Shown: one piece after another, positions 9,914 to 17,269 of the stretch
Layout of the letters: each line of letters opens with the position of its first letter
How positions within the stretch are numbered: position 1 is the stretch's first letter
IMG/VR virus record: IMGVR_UViG_2731957842_000007
Coordinates: 1-18,628 of that record
From: a virus
Lineage: Duplodnaviria; Heunggongvirae; Uroviricota; Caudoviricetes
DNA: 18,628 nucleotides
Reading direction: 5' to 3' (one strand)
Notes under the pieces: model-generated
What the model was told of the DNA's origin: nothing
The model's database searches: none
The model's input: the letters and a program-made list of their open reading frames with translations, nothing else
Translations under genes and position numbers: made by a program

Positions 9914-10758
9914 TGCTCCGCGATTATCTTGATGGTTGTGGCAGTAAACGCCGCACCATTCGACTGAATGGTTAACGTGCTGCCATTTGTGGCAAGAAAG
10001 CCGTCTTTATCCACGCTGAAGAACGTAGCTAACAAGATGTTATCGGTTGTTGTCGCCGAGTTGCGACTGCTTACCAGTGTGTCAGGAACAGAGCCGGAAA
10101 AGGTTAGCTGCATTGACCTGTTTGCGGTTCCGCTGGGCCACGTCCCGACAATCGACAGCTTGAAGAACAGGGTTTTGTTCTCGTTGAACACAACCATCTT
10201 GTTGTTAACGGTGTCGAAGAATGGTGCCAACGAGCCGGATGACGGCGTGAGCGTTTTCAGCAGGCTAACAAGGTTGGTCGGCGCTGTCGGGATGGTTACT
10301 GATACGCCAGAGTAAACAACCTCTGACTTCTTGCGTGTGGTTGCATACTCCAGAGCATCAATGCGCGTTTCATGGTCTGAAACCTGCGACTCCAGCGACT
10401 GAAGTCTGGTATCAAGCGACGCAATATCGCTTTCATTCTGAGTGATTCGTGTTTCATGTTCCTGAAGAGTTGATTCTGCCTGACTGATTCGCTCCTCATG
10501 ATTAACAAGCGTTGCTTCCGCAGCAGAAATTCGCTGCTCATGGTCAGCGAGAATCACATCCTGCTCATCGTTCCTGACTTGTGCGTCATAAGCGCCCTGT
10601 CCGGCCTCGTTGGCCTTGTTAGCCACGTTACCAACATCAGTGCCCTGTGCGATAACGTAAAGCAGATACGACTGCGAGAAGATATTGCGTGGAAGGACTG
10701 ATGTGTCGAGCCGTGTAGCCTGAATGATTACCGGCACATTGAGATTCGAATCCGCCAT
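9910..10758 (-). CDS. Tail needle protein, P22 gp26-like, with a divergent C-terminal knob domain, 282 aa
   Basis: N-terminus [43 protein letters not shown] matches the conserved gp26 N-terminal domain; central heptad-like repeats ([43 protein letters not shown]) fit the trimeric coiled-coil needle; C-terminal 120 aa differ from P22. Confidence 0.8.
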   Translation of the reverse strand: MADSNLNVPVIIQATRLDTSVLPRNIFSQSYLLYVIAQGTDVGNVANKANEAGQGAYDAQVRNDEQDVILADHEQRISAAEATLVNHEERISQAESTLQEHETRITQNESDIASLDTRLQSLESQVSDHETRIDALEYATTRKKSEVVYSGVSVTIPTAPTNLVSLLKTLTPSSGSLAPFFDTVNNKMVVFNENKTLFFKLSIVGTWPSGTANRSMQLTFSGSVPDTLVSSRNSATTTDNILLATFFSVDKDGFLATNGSTLTIQSNGAAFTATTIKIIAEQ

Positions 10759-11552
10759 TACTCAATCCTTATCTGAGCGCCAGACAGAGTGACAGGTGAC
10801 TTCGTGATAACGCGCAATTTGAAACCAATGTTTTTCCTGATGCGCCCTACTTTCTTCCACAAAACGCGTTTGTCGTAAACGAACGGTTCATTCTGCTCAA
10901 TCATCTGCTCACGCCCGTAATTGATGCCGTCAGTGGTTGCAGAGAGGAACAGGCGGTCGGCGTACTGAGCTACGCCAGTGGATGATTCCACCTCCAGATC
11001 GAAGCATCTGGCGTTATCCGCTTTGAACAGTGGAGTAAACAGCAGGTGTTCCTGTTGCTTGTCGTACTGGCTGCTGATATCGAACTGCAATTTCCCGGTC
11101 ACGGACTCCAGCTTATCGCCGCACGTTATCTGATTGCCTTCATAAATGAAGTCGATAGCGCGGTACACATCGTCATACAGGCCTGTTTTCAACACACACC
11201 ATTGCGGACCATTGGCGCTTGAAGATGCGTCGTACACGAGGACGTGGCGCGGAAGGTGGATAATCAGCAGTTCATGCGCATCAAATCGCAGCGATTCCAT
11301 CACACCATCAGCCAGTTCATCAGCAGTGTAGGAGCGAAGAATTTTCTCAATGCTCGCGCTGGCGATTGGTGATACCTGACCTGATCCGATGATGTATACA
11401 GACGGCGCACCCGTTGCCGGATTGCTGATAAACGCATACGAATCAGCGAATGGCGTTTTGCAGTAAGTTCCGGCAATGCCTTTCTGCACCATCAGCGATG
11501 GTTGTGCGACATACAAAGCGGCACCATCGGAGGTCAACATGACAGTAGTCAT
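10758..11552 (-). pseudogene. 5'-truncated gp10-like tail accessory gene (C-terminal 264 codons only), at the deletion junction
   Basis: Occupies the gp10 position upstream of gp26; P22 gp10 is about 470 aa but this ORF is 264 aa. The codon immediately upstream of its ATG (11553-11555 on the minus strand) is TAA, and its first codons are antisense to the start of the N-like gene. Confidence 0.6.
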
Positions 11553-11838
11553 TACATATCTGGCTGACGATAACGCCAGAAATCGCCGCAGAGCACGCAG
11601 ACAGGCTCAACGTGAACAGGCAATGCAAGAGCAGCGACTGGCGCGAAAAATTGCGCTAAAGCTCTCTGGTTGCGTCAGAGCAGATAAAGCAGCATCACTC
11701 GGAAGCCTTCGCTGCAAGAAGGCAGAAGAAGTCGAGCGTAAACAGAATCGTATTTACTACCGCAAGCCACGCAGTGAAATGGGTGTGACTTGCTCAGGCC
11801 GCCAGAAAATGAAATTAGGCAGCAAACCACTTATTTGA
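11539..11838 (+). CDS. N-like transcription antiterminator with an arginine-rich motif, 99 aa
   Basis: MTVVITYLADDNARNRRRARRQAQREQ resembles the N-terminal arginine-rich RNA-binding motifs of lambda N and P22 gp24 (which begins MTVITY). GGAGG 5 nt upstream of ATG 11539; first gene of the rightward operon. ORF-track start 11476 rejected. Confidence 0.55.
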   Translation: MTVVITYLADDNARNRRRARRQAQREQAMQEQRLARKIALKLSGCVRADKAASLGSLRCKKAEEVERKQNRIYYRKPRSEMGVTCSGRQKMKLGSKPLI

Positions 11839-11846
11839 GGTGAGAT

Positions 11847-12317
11847 ATGACAAAATCATGGAGCGTACCTTTTCCTGAATCAGAAACTGAACATGATGGA
11901 ATGCCTGTTTTCTGGAGATTCCAGGCGACAGTTGAAGAAGATGGGATAAAAATATTCGCACTTCAATATATAGCTTTTCATCAGACAGAGCATTATGCAT
12001 GGTTGGTTCCTGCGCATTGGATTGTTAATTTTAAACCAGCACCAAATCAGTGGTTACAGGAATGGAAACAAAGGAGAAATAGATATGCAATTAAGAAAGT
12101 AGCAAAAAATGCAGAAAGATCTTTTGCATTCCCAACGAAGAAACTTGCCATTGAGAGTTTATTGCGCCGGAAGAAATACCATTTAATGAGAATCAAACAA
12201 GATTTGGCTGTTGTATCAACTCTTGTTGATGGGATGAAGAATATTGATACATCAACACCAGATATTGAATATAACTTTGGACACAACCAAGAAACAGAAA
12301 ATTGGGTATTCTACTAG
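11847..12317 (+). CDS. Hypothetical protein, 156 aa, in a visibly A+T-rich segment; moron candidate
   Basis: RBS GAGGTGAG before ATG 11847; Trp- and Lys-rich soluble protein with no family I recognise; followed immediately by a terminator. Confidence 0.6.
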   Translation: MTKSWSVPFPESETEHDGMPVFWRFQATVEEDGIKIFALQYIAFHQTEHYAWLVPAHWIVNFKPAPNQWLQEWKQRRNRYAIKKVAKNAERSFAFPTKKLAIESLLRRKKYHLMRIKQDLAVVSTLVDGMKNIDTSTPDIEYNFGHNQETENWVFY

Positions 12318-12341
12318 GCCGCATAGTCGGCCTTTATTTTT
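12317..12341 (+). terminator. Rho-independent terminator after the 156 aa ORF
   Basis: Stem GGCCG (12317-12321), loop CATAGT, stem CGGCC (12328-12332), followed by TTTATTTTT. Confidence 0.6.
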
Positions 12342-12363
12342 GGCATAAACAACAGAGGCTAAC

Positions 12364-12660
12364 ATGGAATTTAAAGGTACTGAAGGTAAGTGGGAAATAA
12401 TGATGGATGGCGATGAGATTAAAATCATCCAGGCAGACTCACTTGAAAATGGCGCAGGCTGGCGTTCGTATATTGCAATCTGTGAGGAAGTTCAATGTAT
12501 TGAAGATGCCAATCTAATAGCGGCAGCACCTGACCTTCTCGAAGCACTTCAGTTATTACTTAAGCAATCCAAAAATAGAACAACGACAACATATCCAGAA
12601 TGGTATGGAGCTGTTAATAAAGGTCTTGCAGCAATCAGCAAGGCTCTGGGAGGTGAATGA
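12364..12660 (+). CDS. Hypothetical protein, 98 aa
   Basis: ORF with an AGAGG RBS-like element upstream; its stop overlaps the start of the next ORF (ATGA), indicating translational coupling. Confidence 0.5.
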   Translation: MEFKGTEGKWEIMMDGDEIKIIQADSLENGAGWRSYIAICEEVQCIEDANLIAAAPDLLEALQLLLKQSKNRTTTTYPEWYGAVNKGLAAISKALGGE

Positions 12661-12869
12661 TGTGCGAGTTTTATGAAGCAGATATCAAACGCCCAGAAAT
12701 GGCAAGTGATGCGACATTACGTGATTACTTCGCTGCTAAGGCTATGGCAGCAATAGTGCGCAGATGGGACGGACATTCCTTTGGCGGTGGACAGAATTCA
12801 CCACAGTACAAAGAATTAGCAGATGATGCCTACTTTATTGCTGATGCCATGCTCAAAGCTCGCGAATAA
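12657..12869 (+). CDS. Hypothetical protein, 70 aa, translationally coupled to the upstream 98 aa ORF
   Basis: ATGA start/stop overlap at 12657-12660; no recognisable family. Confidence 0.45.
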   Translation: MMCEFYEADIKRPEMASDATLRDYFAAKAMAAIVRRWDGHSFGGGQNSPQYKELADDAYFIADAMLKARE

Positions 12870-12964
12870 GCACTGTGTATTCATTCCAACGAGTGAATAC
12901 ACGGAGCAATGTCGCTCGTAACTAAACAGGAGCCGACTTGTTCTGATTATTGGAAATCTTCTTT

Positions 12965-12992
12965 GCCCTCCAGTGTGAGGGCAATTTTTTTT
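12965..12992 (+). terminator. Rho-independent terminator upstream of the coiled-coil gene
   Basis: Stem GCCCTC (12965-12970), loop CAGTGT, stem GAGGGC (12977-12982), followed by AATTTTTTTTT. Confidence 0.55.
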
Positions 12993-13004
12993 GATGGAGG
13001 ATAT

Positions 13005-13973
13005 ATGAGTGAAGTAACAGATTTAGTTGTTATTGAAAAAGCAAATGCAATGACTGTATTTCAGTCTGCCGACCAGATTGAAGAAATCCTTCAAAAGGTA
13101 GAACGTGAAGTTATGTCCTTTGTGCCTGATATCACAACGGCAAAGGGCAGAAAGGAGGTCGCTTCTCTGGCGTATAAAGTTGCGCAGACGAAAACATATC
13201 TCGATGGTCTTGGCAAAGACCTTGTTGCTGAACTGAAGGAAATTCCAAAGCTAATTGATGCCAACCGCAAGACAGTGCGCGATCGCCTTGATGAACTGAA
13301 AGCCAAGGCACGCCAGCCTCTTACTGATTATGAAGAGGAACAGGCGCGGATTAAAGCTGAAGAAGAAGCTAAGGCAGCAGCTGAAGCTCTCGCAAAGCAA
13401 ATTGAGTCTGACCATGAAATAGCGATTTTGATGGATCGCGAATTTGACCGCCAAAGAGAAGAGGCAAGACTCAAAGCGGAGCAGGAAAAGCGAGAGCATG
13501 AAGAACGCTTAAAAAGAGAAGCTGAAGAGAAAGCCAGAGCTGAAGCCGAAGCAAAGGCAAAAGCCGAAATTGAAGCAGCAGCAAGGCGAGAAGCAGAAGC
13601 TAAGGCCGCAGCGGAACGTGCAGAGCGTGAACGCATTGAAGCCGAGCAACGAGCACAGCGCGAAGCAAAAGAGGCAGCAGAACGAGCTGAAAGAGAAAAG
13701 CAGGCAGCAATTGAAGCAGAACGCAGAAAAGCACAGGAGGAGGCTGAACGAATCCGTCGCGAGGTTGAAGCAAAAGAGCAAGCCAGAATAGCAGAAGAAA
13801 AAAGAATCAAGGAAGAAGAAGAGCGTAGAGCAAAGGATAAAGCTCACCGGAAAGAAGTAAATAACAAAATACTTGCTGACCTTATCAAGGTTGGTGCATC
13901 AGAAGATGTTGCTAAAAATATCATAACAGCCATCGTAAAAGGCGAAGTATTCGCAACAAAAATAACCTACTAA
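13005..13973 (+). CDS. Hypothetical coiled-coil protein with a long Glu/Ala/Lys/Arg-rich repetitive central region, 322 aa
   Basis: ATG 13005 preceded by GGAGG; the ORF-track start 12909 lies upstream of the terminator and is rejected. Central 200 aa are AEAKA/EAERR-type repeats; globular N- and C-terminal segments. Confidence 0.6.
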   Translation: MSEVTDLVVIEKANAMTVFQSADQIEEILQKVEREVMSFVPDITTAKGRKEVASLAYKVAQTKTYLDGLGKDLVAELKEIPKLIDANRKTVRDRLDELKAKARQPLTDYEEEQARIKAEEEAKAAAEALAKQIESDHEIAILMDREFDRQREEARLKAEQEKREHEERLKREAEEKARAEAEAKAKAEIEAAARREAEAKAAAERAERERIEAEQRAQREAKEAAERAEREKQAAIEAERRKAQEEAERIRREVEAKEQARIAEEKRIKEEEERRAKDKAHRKEVNNKILADLIKVGASEDVAKNIITAIVKGEVFATKITY

Positions 13974-13997
13974 TAAAACCAACATAAGGAACCACCC

Positions 13998-14129
13998 ATG
14001 ATTTACGCAATCGCGGGAGGAGCTCGCATGGGTGCCTTCCAACTAAATGAATCTTTACTTGAACGAATCACCCGTAAATTACGTGACGGATGGAAAAGAG
14101 TTGAGGTCTTATTATGCGCAATGAAATAG
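13998..14129 (+). CDS. cIII-like small protein (FtsH protease inhibitor family), 43 aa
   Basis: MIYAIAGG...ESLLERITRKLRDGWKR matches the conserved core of lambda CIII as I recall it; AAGGA RBS upstream; located upstream of erf as in lambdoid PL operons. Confidence 0.5.
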   Translation: MIYAIAGGARMGAFQLNESLLERITRKLRDGWKRVEVLLCAMK

Positions 14130-14266
14130 CCATCAATCACCAGATGCTTCGTGCTGCACAGAACAAAGCAGTAATAGCCAGATTTATTGGTGATTCAAAA
14201 ATGTGGCTTGAAGCAAATAAAGCGATGAAATCAGCTATCAACCTTCCGTGGTATCGCAGGAAATGA
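14114..14266 (+). CDS. Kil-like small protein (putative), 50 aa
   Basis: IARFIGDSKMWLEANKAMK resembles the lambda Kil family from memory; start overlaps the cIII-like ORF, and its stop overlaps the next start. Confidence 0.35.
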   Translation: MRNEIAINHQMLRAAQNKAVIARFIGDSKMWLEANKAMKSAINLPWYRRK

Positions 14267-14421
14267 GTTTCACAGATAACTGGTCAGACGAAGAATTCAT
14301 TCGTCAGATGAAAGAATTAATCGGTAACGAAGGAGATATTCATGTCACTTGCAACCACAGTGAAGGAGAGCAAGTTACAGAGACGCATGTACACGCAGAA
14401 AGCTCTCTGGTATCGCCATAA
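14263..14421 (+). CDS. Hypothetical small protein, 52 aa
   Basis: Chained by ATGA overlap to the upstream small ORF and lying directly upstream of erf; no family recognised. Confidence 0.3.
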   Translation: MSFTDNWSDEEFIRQMKELIGNEGDIHVTCNHSEGEQVTETHVHAESSLVSP

Positions 14422-14522
14422 TGGTGACCGCGAAGGAATGCGGGTATGCCTTAATTTGTCCCGAGTCGAAGTATTAAATCAGCGTTATTTCCTTGGGCCG
14501 TGTCCATTCTGAGAACAATCAT

Positions 14523-15128
14523 ATGAGCAAAGAATTTTACGCAAGACTGGCAGCTATTCAGGAGAATCTGAACGCGCCAAAGAATCAGTACAACTCATTC
14601 GGCAAATATAAATACAGAAGCTGCGAAGATATTCTTGAAGGCGTTAAGCCGTTACTGAATGGTCTGTTTTTATCAATCAGCGATGAAGTTGTGTTGATTG
14701 GTGATCGGTATTACGTGAAAGCCACGGCAACTATTACCGATGGCGAAAACAGTCATACGGCAACTGCTCTTGCACGAGAGGAAGAAAGCAAGAAAGGAAT
14801 GGATTCTGCACAAGTTACTGGAGCTACAAGCTCTTATGCGCGCAAGTATTGCCTCAATGGTTTGTTCGGCATTGATGATGCGAAAGATGCAGATACCGAC
14901 GAACATAAACATCAGCAGAACGCAGCAGCAAAGCAATCAAAACCATCACCTACACCTGAACAGGTTCTAAAAGCATTCACTGACGCAGCAATGCAAAAAA
15001 ACACCGTGGAAGAGCTTAAACAGGCGTTCGCCAAAGCGTGGAAGATGCTCGAAGGAACACCGGAGCAGCACAAAGCGCAGGACGTTTACAACATCAGACG
15101 AGACGAATTAGAAGGAGCTGCTGCTTAA
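14523..15128 (+). CDS. erf: Erf-family single-strand annealing recombinase, 201 aa
   Basis: MSKEFYARLAAIQENLNAPKNQYNSFGKYKYRSCEDILEGVKPLLNGLFLSISDEVVLIGDRYYVKATATITDGENSHTA matches P22 Erf as I recall it. ORF-track TTG start at 14493 rejected in favour of ATG 14523. Confidence 0.85.
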   Translation: MSKEFYARLAAIQENLNAPKNQYNSFGKYKYRSCEDILEGVKPLLNGLFLSISDEVVLIGDRYYVKATATITDGENSHTATALAREEESKKGMDSAQVTGATSSYARKYCLNGLFGIDDAKDADTDEHKHQQNAAAKQSKPSPTPEQVLKAFTDAAMQKNTVEELKQAFAKAWKMLEGTPEQHKAQDVYNIRRDELEGAAA

Positions 15129-15511
15129 TGGCACATTCGATTACTGTAAGACTAAACAAGCCCGCAAGAGAGTTTCAGGCCGGGGAAAATATCGGATTCA
15201 ACATCCGTGCTGGCGTTCAGTATTACGATCGCCAGACAAAAAAGAAAGAATGGACAAACTACAGCGCCGTTGTATTTGCCAAGCCGGGAGCGCAAGCGGA
15301 TTACTACCGTAGTGTTCTTGTTGAAGGTGGCATTGTGGAAATTACCGGAGAAAACATCAGGGTTGATGTTTATCAGGGGCAAAATGGTCAATCAATCACT
15401 CTTGAATTACTGAATGCAAAGATTGGATTTGCAACTTCAGGAAACAGCCAACAGCAGCAAAGTAGCAATCATCAAAATCATCCTGAATACGACGATTCAA
15501 TCCCCTTCTAG
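15128..15511 (+). CDS. SSB-like single-stranded DNA-binding protein with an acidic C-terminal ...DDSIPF tail, 127 aa
   Basis: ATG overlaps the erf stop (TAATG); the C-terminus EYDDSIPF matches the conserved SSB tail motif (DDDIPF); the N-terminal region is compatible with an OB fold. ORF-track start 15038 rejected. Confidence 0.6.
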   Translation: MAHSITVRLNKPAREFQAGENIGFNIRAGVQYYDRQTKKKEWTNYSAVVFAKPGAQADYYRSVLVEGGIVEITGENIRVDVYQGQNGQSITLELLNAKIGFATSGNSQQQQSSNHQNHPEYDDSIPF

Positions 15512-15534
15512 ATTAGCAAAATAAGGATTCCATT

Positions 15535-15828
15535 ATGCCAGCGCCTCTGTATGGTGCGGATGACCCGCGCCGCTGTTCCGGCAATTCCGTATCGGAGGTG
15601 CTGGATAAATTCAGGAAAAACTACGACCTGATAATGTCTCTACCGCAGGAAACGAAAGAGGAAAAGGAATTTCGCCATTGTATATGGCTTGCAGAGAAAG
15701 AAGAACGCGAGCGAATTTACCAGACATCAATCCGCCCATTCCGCAAAGCCACATATACCCACTTCCCTGAAATTGACCCGCGCCTGCGTAATTACCGCTC
15801 ACGCTATGGCGCTATCAGTAATGACTGA
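15535..15828 (+). CDS. Hypothetical protein, 97 aa
   Basis: ORF with an AAGGA RBS-like element upstream of ATG 15535; no family recognised. Confidence 0.45.
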   Translation: MPAPLYGADDPRRCSGNSVSEVLDKFRKNYDLIMSLPQETKEEKEFRHCIWLAEKEERERIYQTSIRPFRKATYTHFPEIDPRLRNYRSRYGAISND

Positions 15829-15838
15829 GGAATTTACC

Positions 15839-16003
15839 ATGAGAGGACTTGCATACAATCCCGGCATTCTTCCGGCAGAAATGATTATTCGCCAACGCGT
15901 AAAGCCAATGCCATCGAGAGAGGAATTGCTTAAGAGAAATTCTTTTCCATCAGTGAATCAAAACAAATATCTGAATGCGATGTTGCGGAGTGGGAAGAAA
16001 TGA
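15839..16003 (+). CDS. Hypothetical small protein, 54 aa (alternative start at 15821)
   Basis: GAGG 8 nt upstream of ATG 15839; its stop overlaps the next start (ATGA at 16000-16003). The 5' part of the ORF-track ORF 15689..16003 overlaps the upstream gene and is rejected. Confidence 0.3.
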   Translation: MRGLAYNPGILPAEMIIRQRVKPMPSREELLKRNSFPSVNQNKYLNAMLRSGKK

Positions 16004-16476
16004 AACAAATGTCACTAATTGAGATGGATGGATTCCTGAAAGGTAAATGCATCCCCCGAGATTTAAAGGTTAACGAAACAAACGCTGAATATCTGGTGCG
16101 TAAATTTGCTGAAGCGGAGGCCAAGTGCGCGGAGATGGCAGCGGAAAATGCGGGGCTGAAGTCTGGCGCTATGGACGAAATCAAGGTTATCAACCGTGGA
16201 GGGCAGGCATATTGCGTAAAAGATGGAGTGCAAGTTAATCCCATATATGCAAGAGGGTGGAATGATTATCGCGCAAAGTCTATGCAATCAGACACCCCAG
16301 CCACCGATGCTTTCCTGGCTGAAGTCAGGGCTAAGGCGTTTGATGACCTTTGCGCGGCGTTCGTTAAGCACGCGTCGGTGTCCGGGCTGGACGATGGCGA
16401 CTGCGTTACGGTGAAAGAGGCGACTGACGCCCTGCTGCATTGTGCGGAACAGCTTCACAAGGGAGTGCATTCATGA
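16000..16476 (+). CDS. Hypothetical protein, 158 aa
   Basis: Translationally coupled on both sides (ATGA overlaps at 16000 and 16473); no family recognised. Confidence 0.5.
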   Translation: MKQMSLIEMDGFLKGKCIPRDLKVNETNAEYLVRKFAEAEAKCAEMAAENAGLKSGAMDEIKVINRGGQAYCVKDGVQVNPIYARGWNDYRAKSMQSDTPATDAFLAEVRAKAFDDLCAAFVKHASVSGLDDGDCVTVKEATDALLHCAEQLHKGVHS

Positions 16477-16706
16477 GCAACCTACTACCATGTCCATTCT
16501 GTGGCGGTGCAGCGCACGTTGCCAGCGAAGCAGATCACCCTGAATATGGCTCTGGCGGTCGATTCTATTTCGTTCGATGCGGTACGTGTCGCGCTCAATC
16601 TGGTAGCAAATATGCAGCGCCTGGAAATGACTGCGCGATTTTTTATTCAGAGGTTAGAGCAGAGTGGAATCAACGAGCAAAGGAGGCGAACAGTGAGCAA
16701 GATTGA
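16473..16706 (+). CDS. Lar-family restriction alleviation-like protein, 77 aa
   Basis: [12 protein letters not shown]...CGTC contains the CPFCG-type Cys motif characteristic of Lar-family small proteins; ATG overlaps the upstream stop. ORF-track start 16440 rejected. Confidence 0.5.
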   Translation: MSNLLPCPFCGGAAHVASEADHPEYGSGGRFYFVRCGTCRAQSGSKYAAPGNDCAIFYSEVRAEWNQRAKEANSEQD

Positions 16707-17268
16707 CTATCAGGCACTGCGTGAGGCGGCGCAGAACGCGAAAGATTTAGGTGGGATTAAGAATTACAAGCGAGGCGAGCAAGCTGTTGCCGAATTTGAG
16801 TCCCTGATAACGCCACACATTGTGCTGGCACTGCTGGATGAACGGGAAAGAAACCAGCAATACATCAAACGCCGCGACCAGGAGAACGAGGATATTGCGC
16901 TAACGGTGGGGAAACTGCGTGTTGAGCTGGAAGCCGCAGAGAAGCGCAACGCAAAATTACAAAGCGAGAATGCATACATCCGCAACCGGTACAAAGAACT
17001 GGACCTGTTAATCGGGAAAAACATTCTGGTCATGCAGGCTGCGATTATCGAATGGCAGGCAACTGGCGACGCTAAGAGCGGACTGGCATGGATTTATAAC
17101 ACACTGTTTGGCCCTGGCGAATTGCCGGACGAATCTGAGAAAGATGCTCAGGCCTACTTTAATCGCAAATATGCACCGATTGACGAAAAGCTTATGGAGC
17201 TTCACAAGTGGTTTTGGGAACAAAGTGAAGCCGAGCGCGCCGCCGGCATTCGCATCAAAGGAGAGTGA
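16693..17268 (+). CDS. Hypothetical coiled-coil protein (possibly Ead/Ea22-like), 191 aa, GTG start
   Basis: AGGAGG 6 nt upstream of GTG 16693; the ORF-track start at 16501 would overlap the Lar-like gene for 200 bp and is rejected. Confidence 0.5.
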   Translation: MSKIDYQALREAAQNAKDLGGIKNYKRGEQAVAEFESLITPHIVLALLDERERNQQYIKRRDQENEDIALTVGKLRVELEAAEKRNAKLQSENAYIRNRYKELDLLIGKNILVMQAAIIEWQATGDAKSGLAWIYNTLFGPGELPDESEKDAQAYFNRKYAPIDEKLMELHKWFWEQSEAERAAGIRIKGE

Positions 17269-17269
17269 T

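Noticed and set aside
7403-10701. Short ORFs 7403..7621, 7746..7949, 8371..8580, 8628..8819, 8641..9054, 8891..9274, 9590..9967, 9968..10315, 10296..10541, 10498..10701
   Set aside because: Shadow ORFs inside the gp20/gp7/gp14/gp26 genes; none has a convincing start context and they break the tight operon organisation.
12875-12902. Hairpin GTGTATTCA...TGAATACAC as a terminator
   Set aside because: 9 bp stem but a 10 nt loop and no downstream U-tract; more likely an RNA structure or protein-binding palindrome. The true terminator is at 12965-12992.
12909-13004. ORF-track N-terminal extension of the coiled-coil gene (start 12909)
   Set aside because: The extension runs through a rho-independent terminator; the ATG at 13005 has a GGAGG RBS.
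13091-13847. Minus-strand ORFs 13091..13306, 13251..13499, 13328..13810, 13509..13847 and plus-strand 13570..13791
   Set aside because: Artefacts of the GAA/GCA-rich repetitive coding region of the coiled-coil gene; translations are Ser/Ala/Cys/Phe-rich low-complexity strings.
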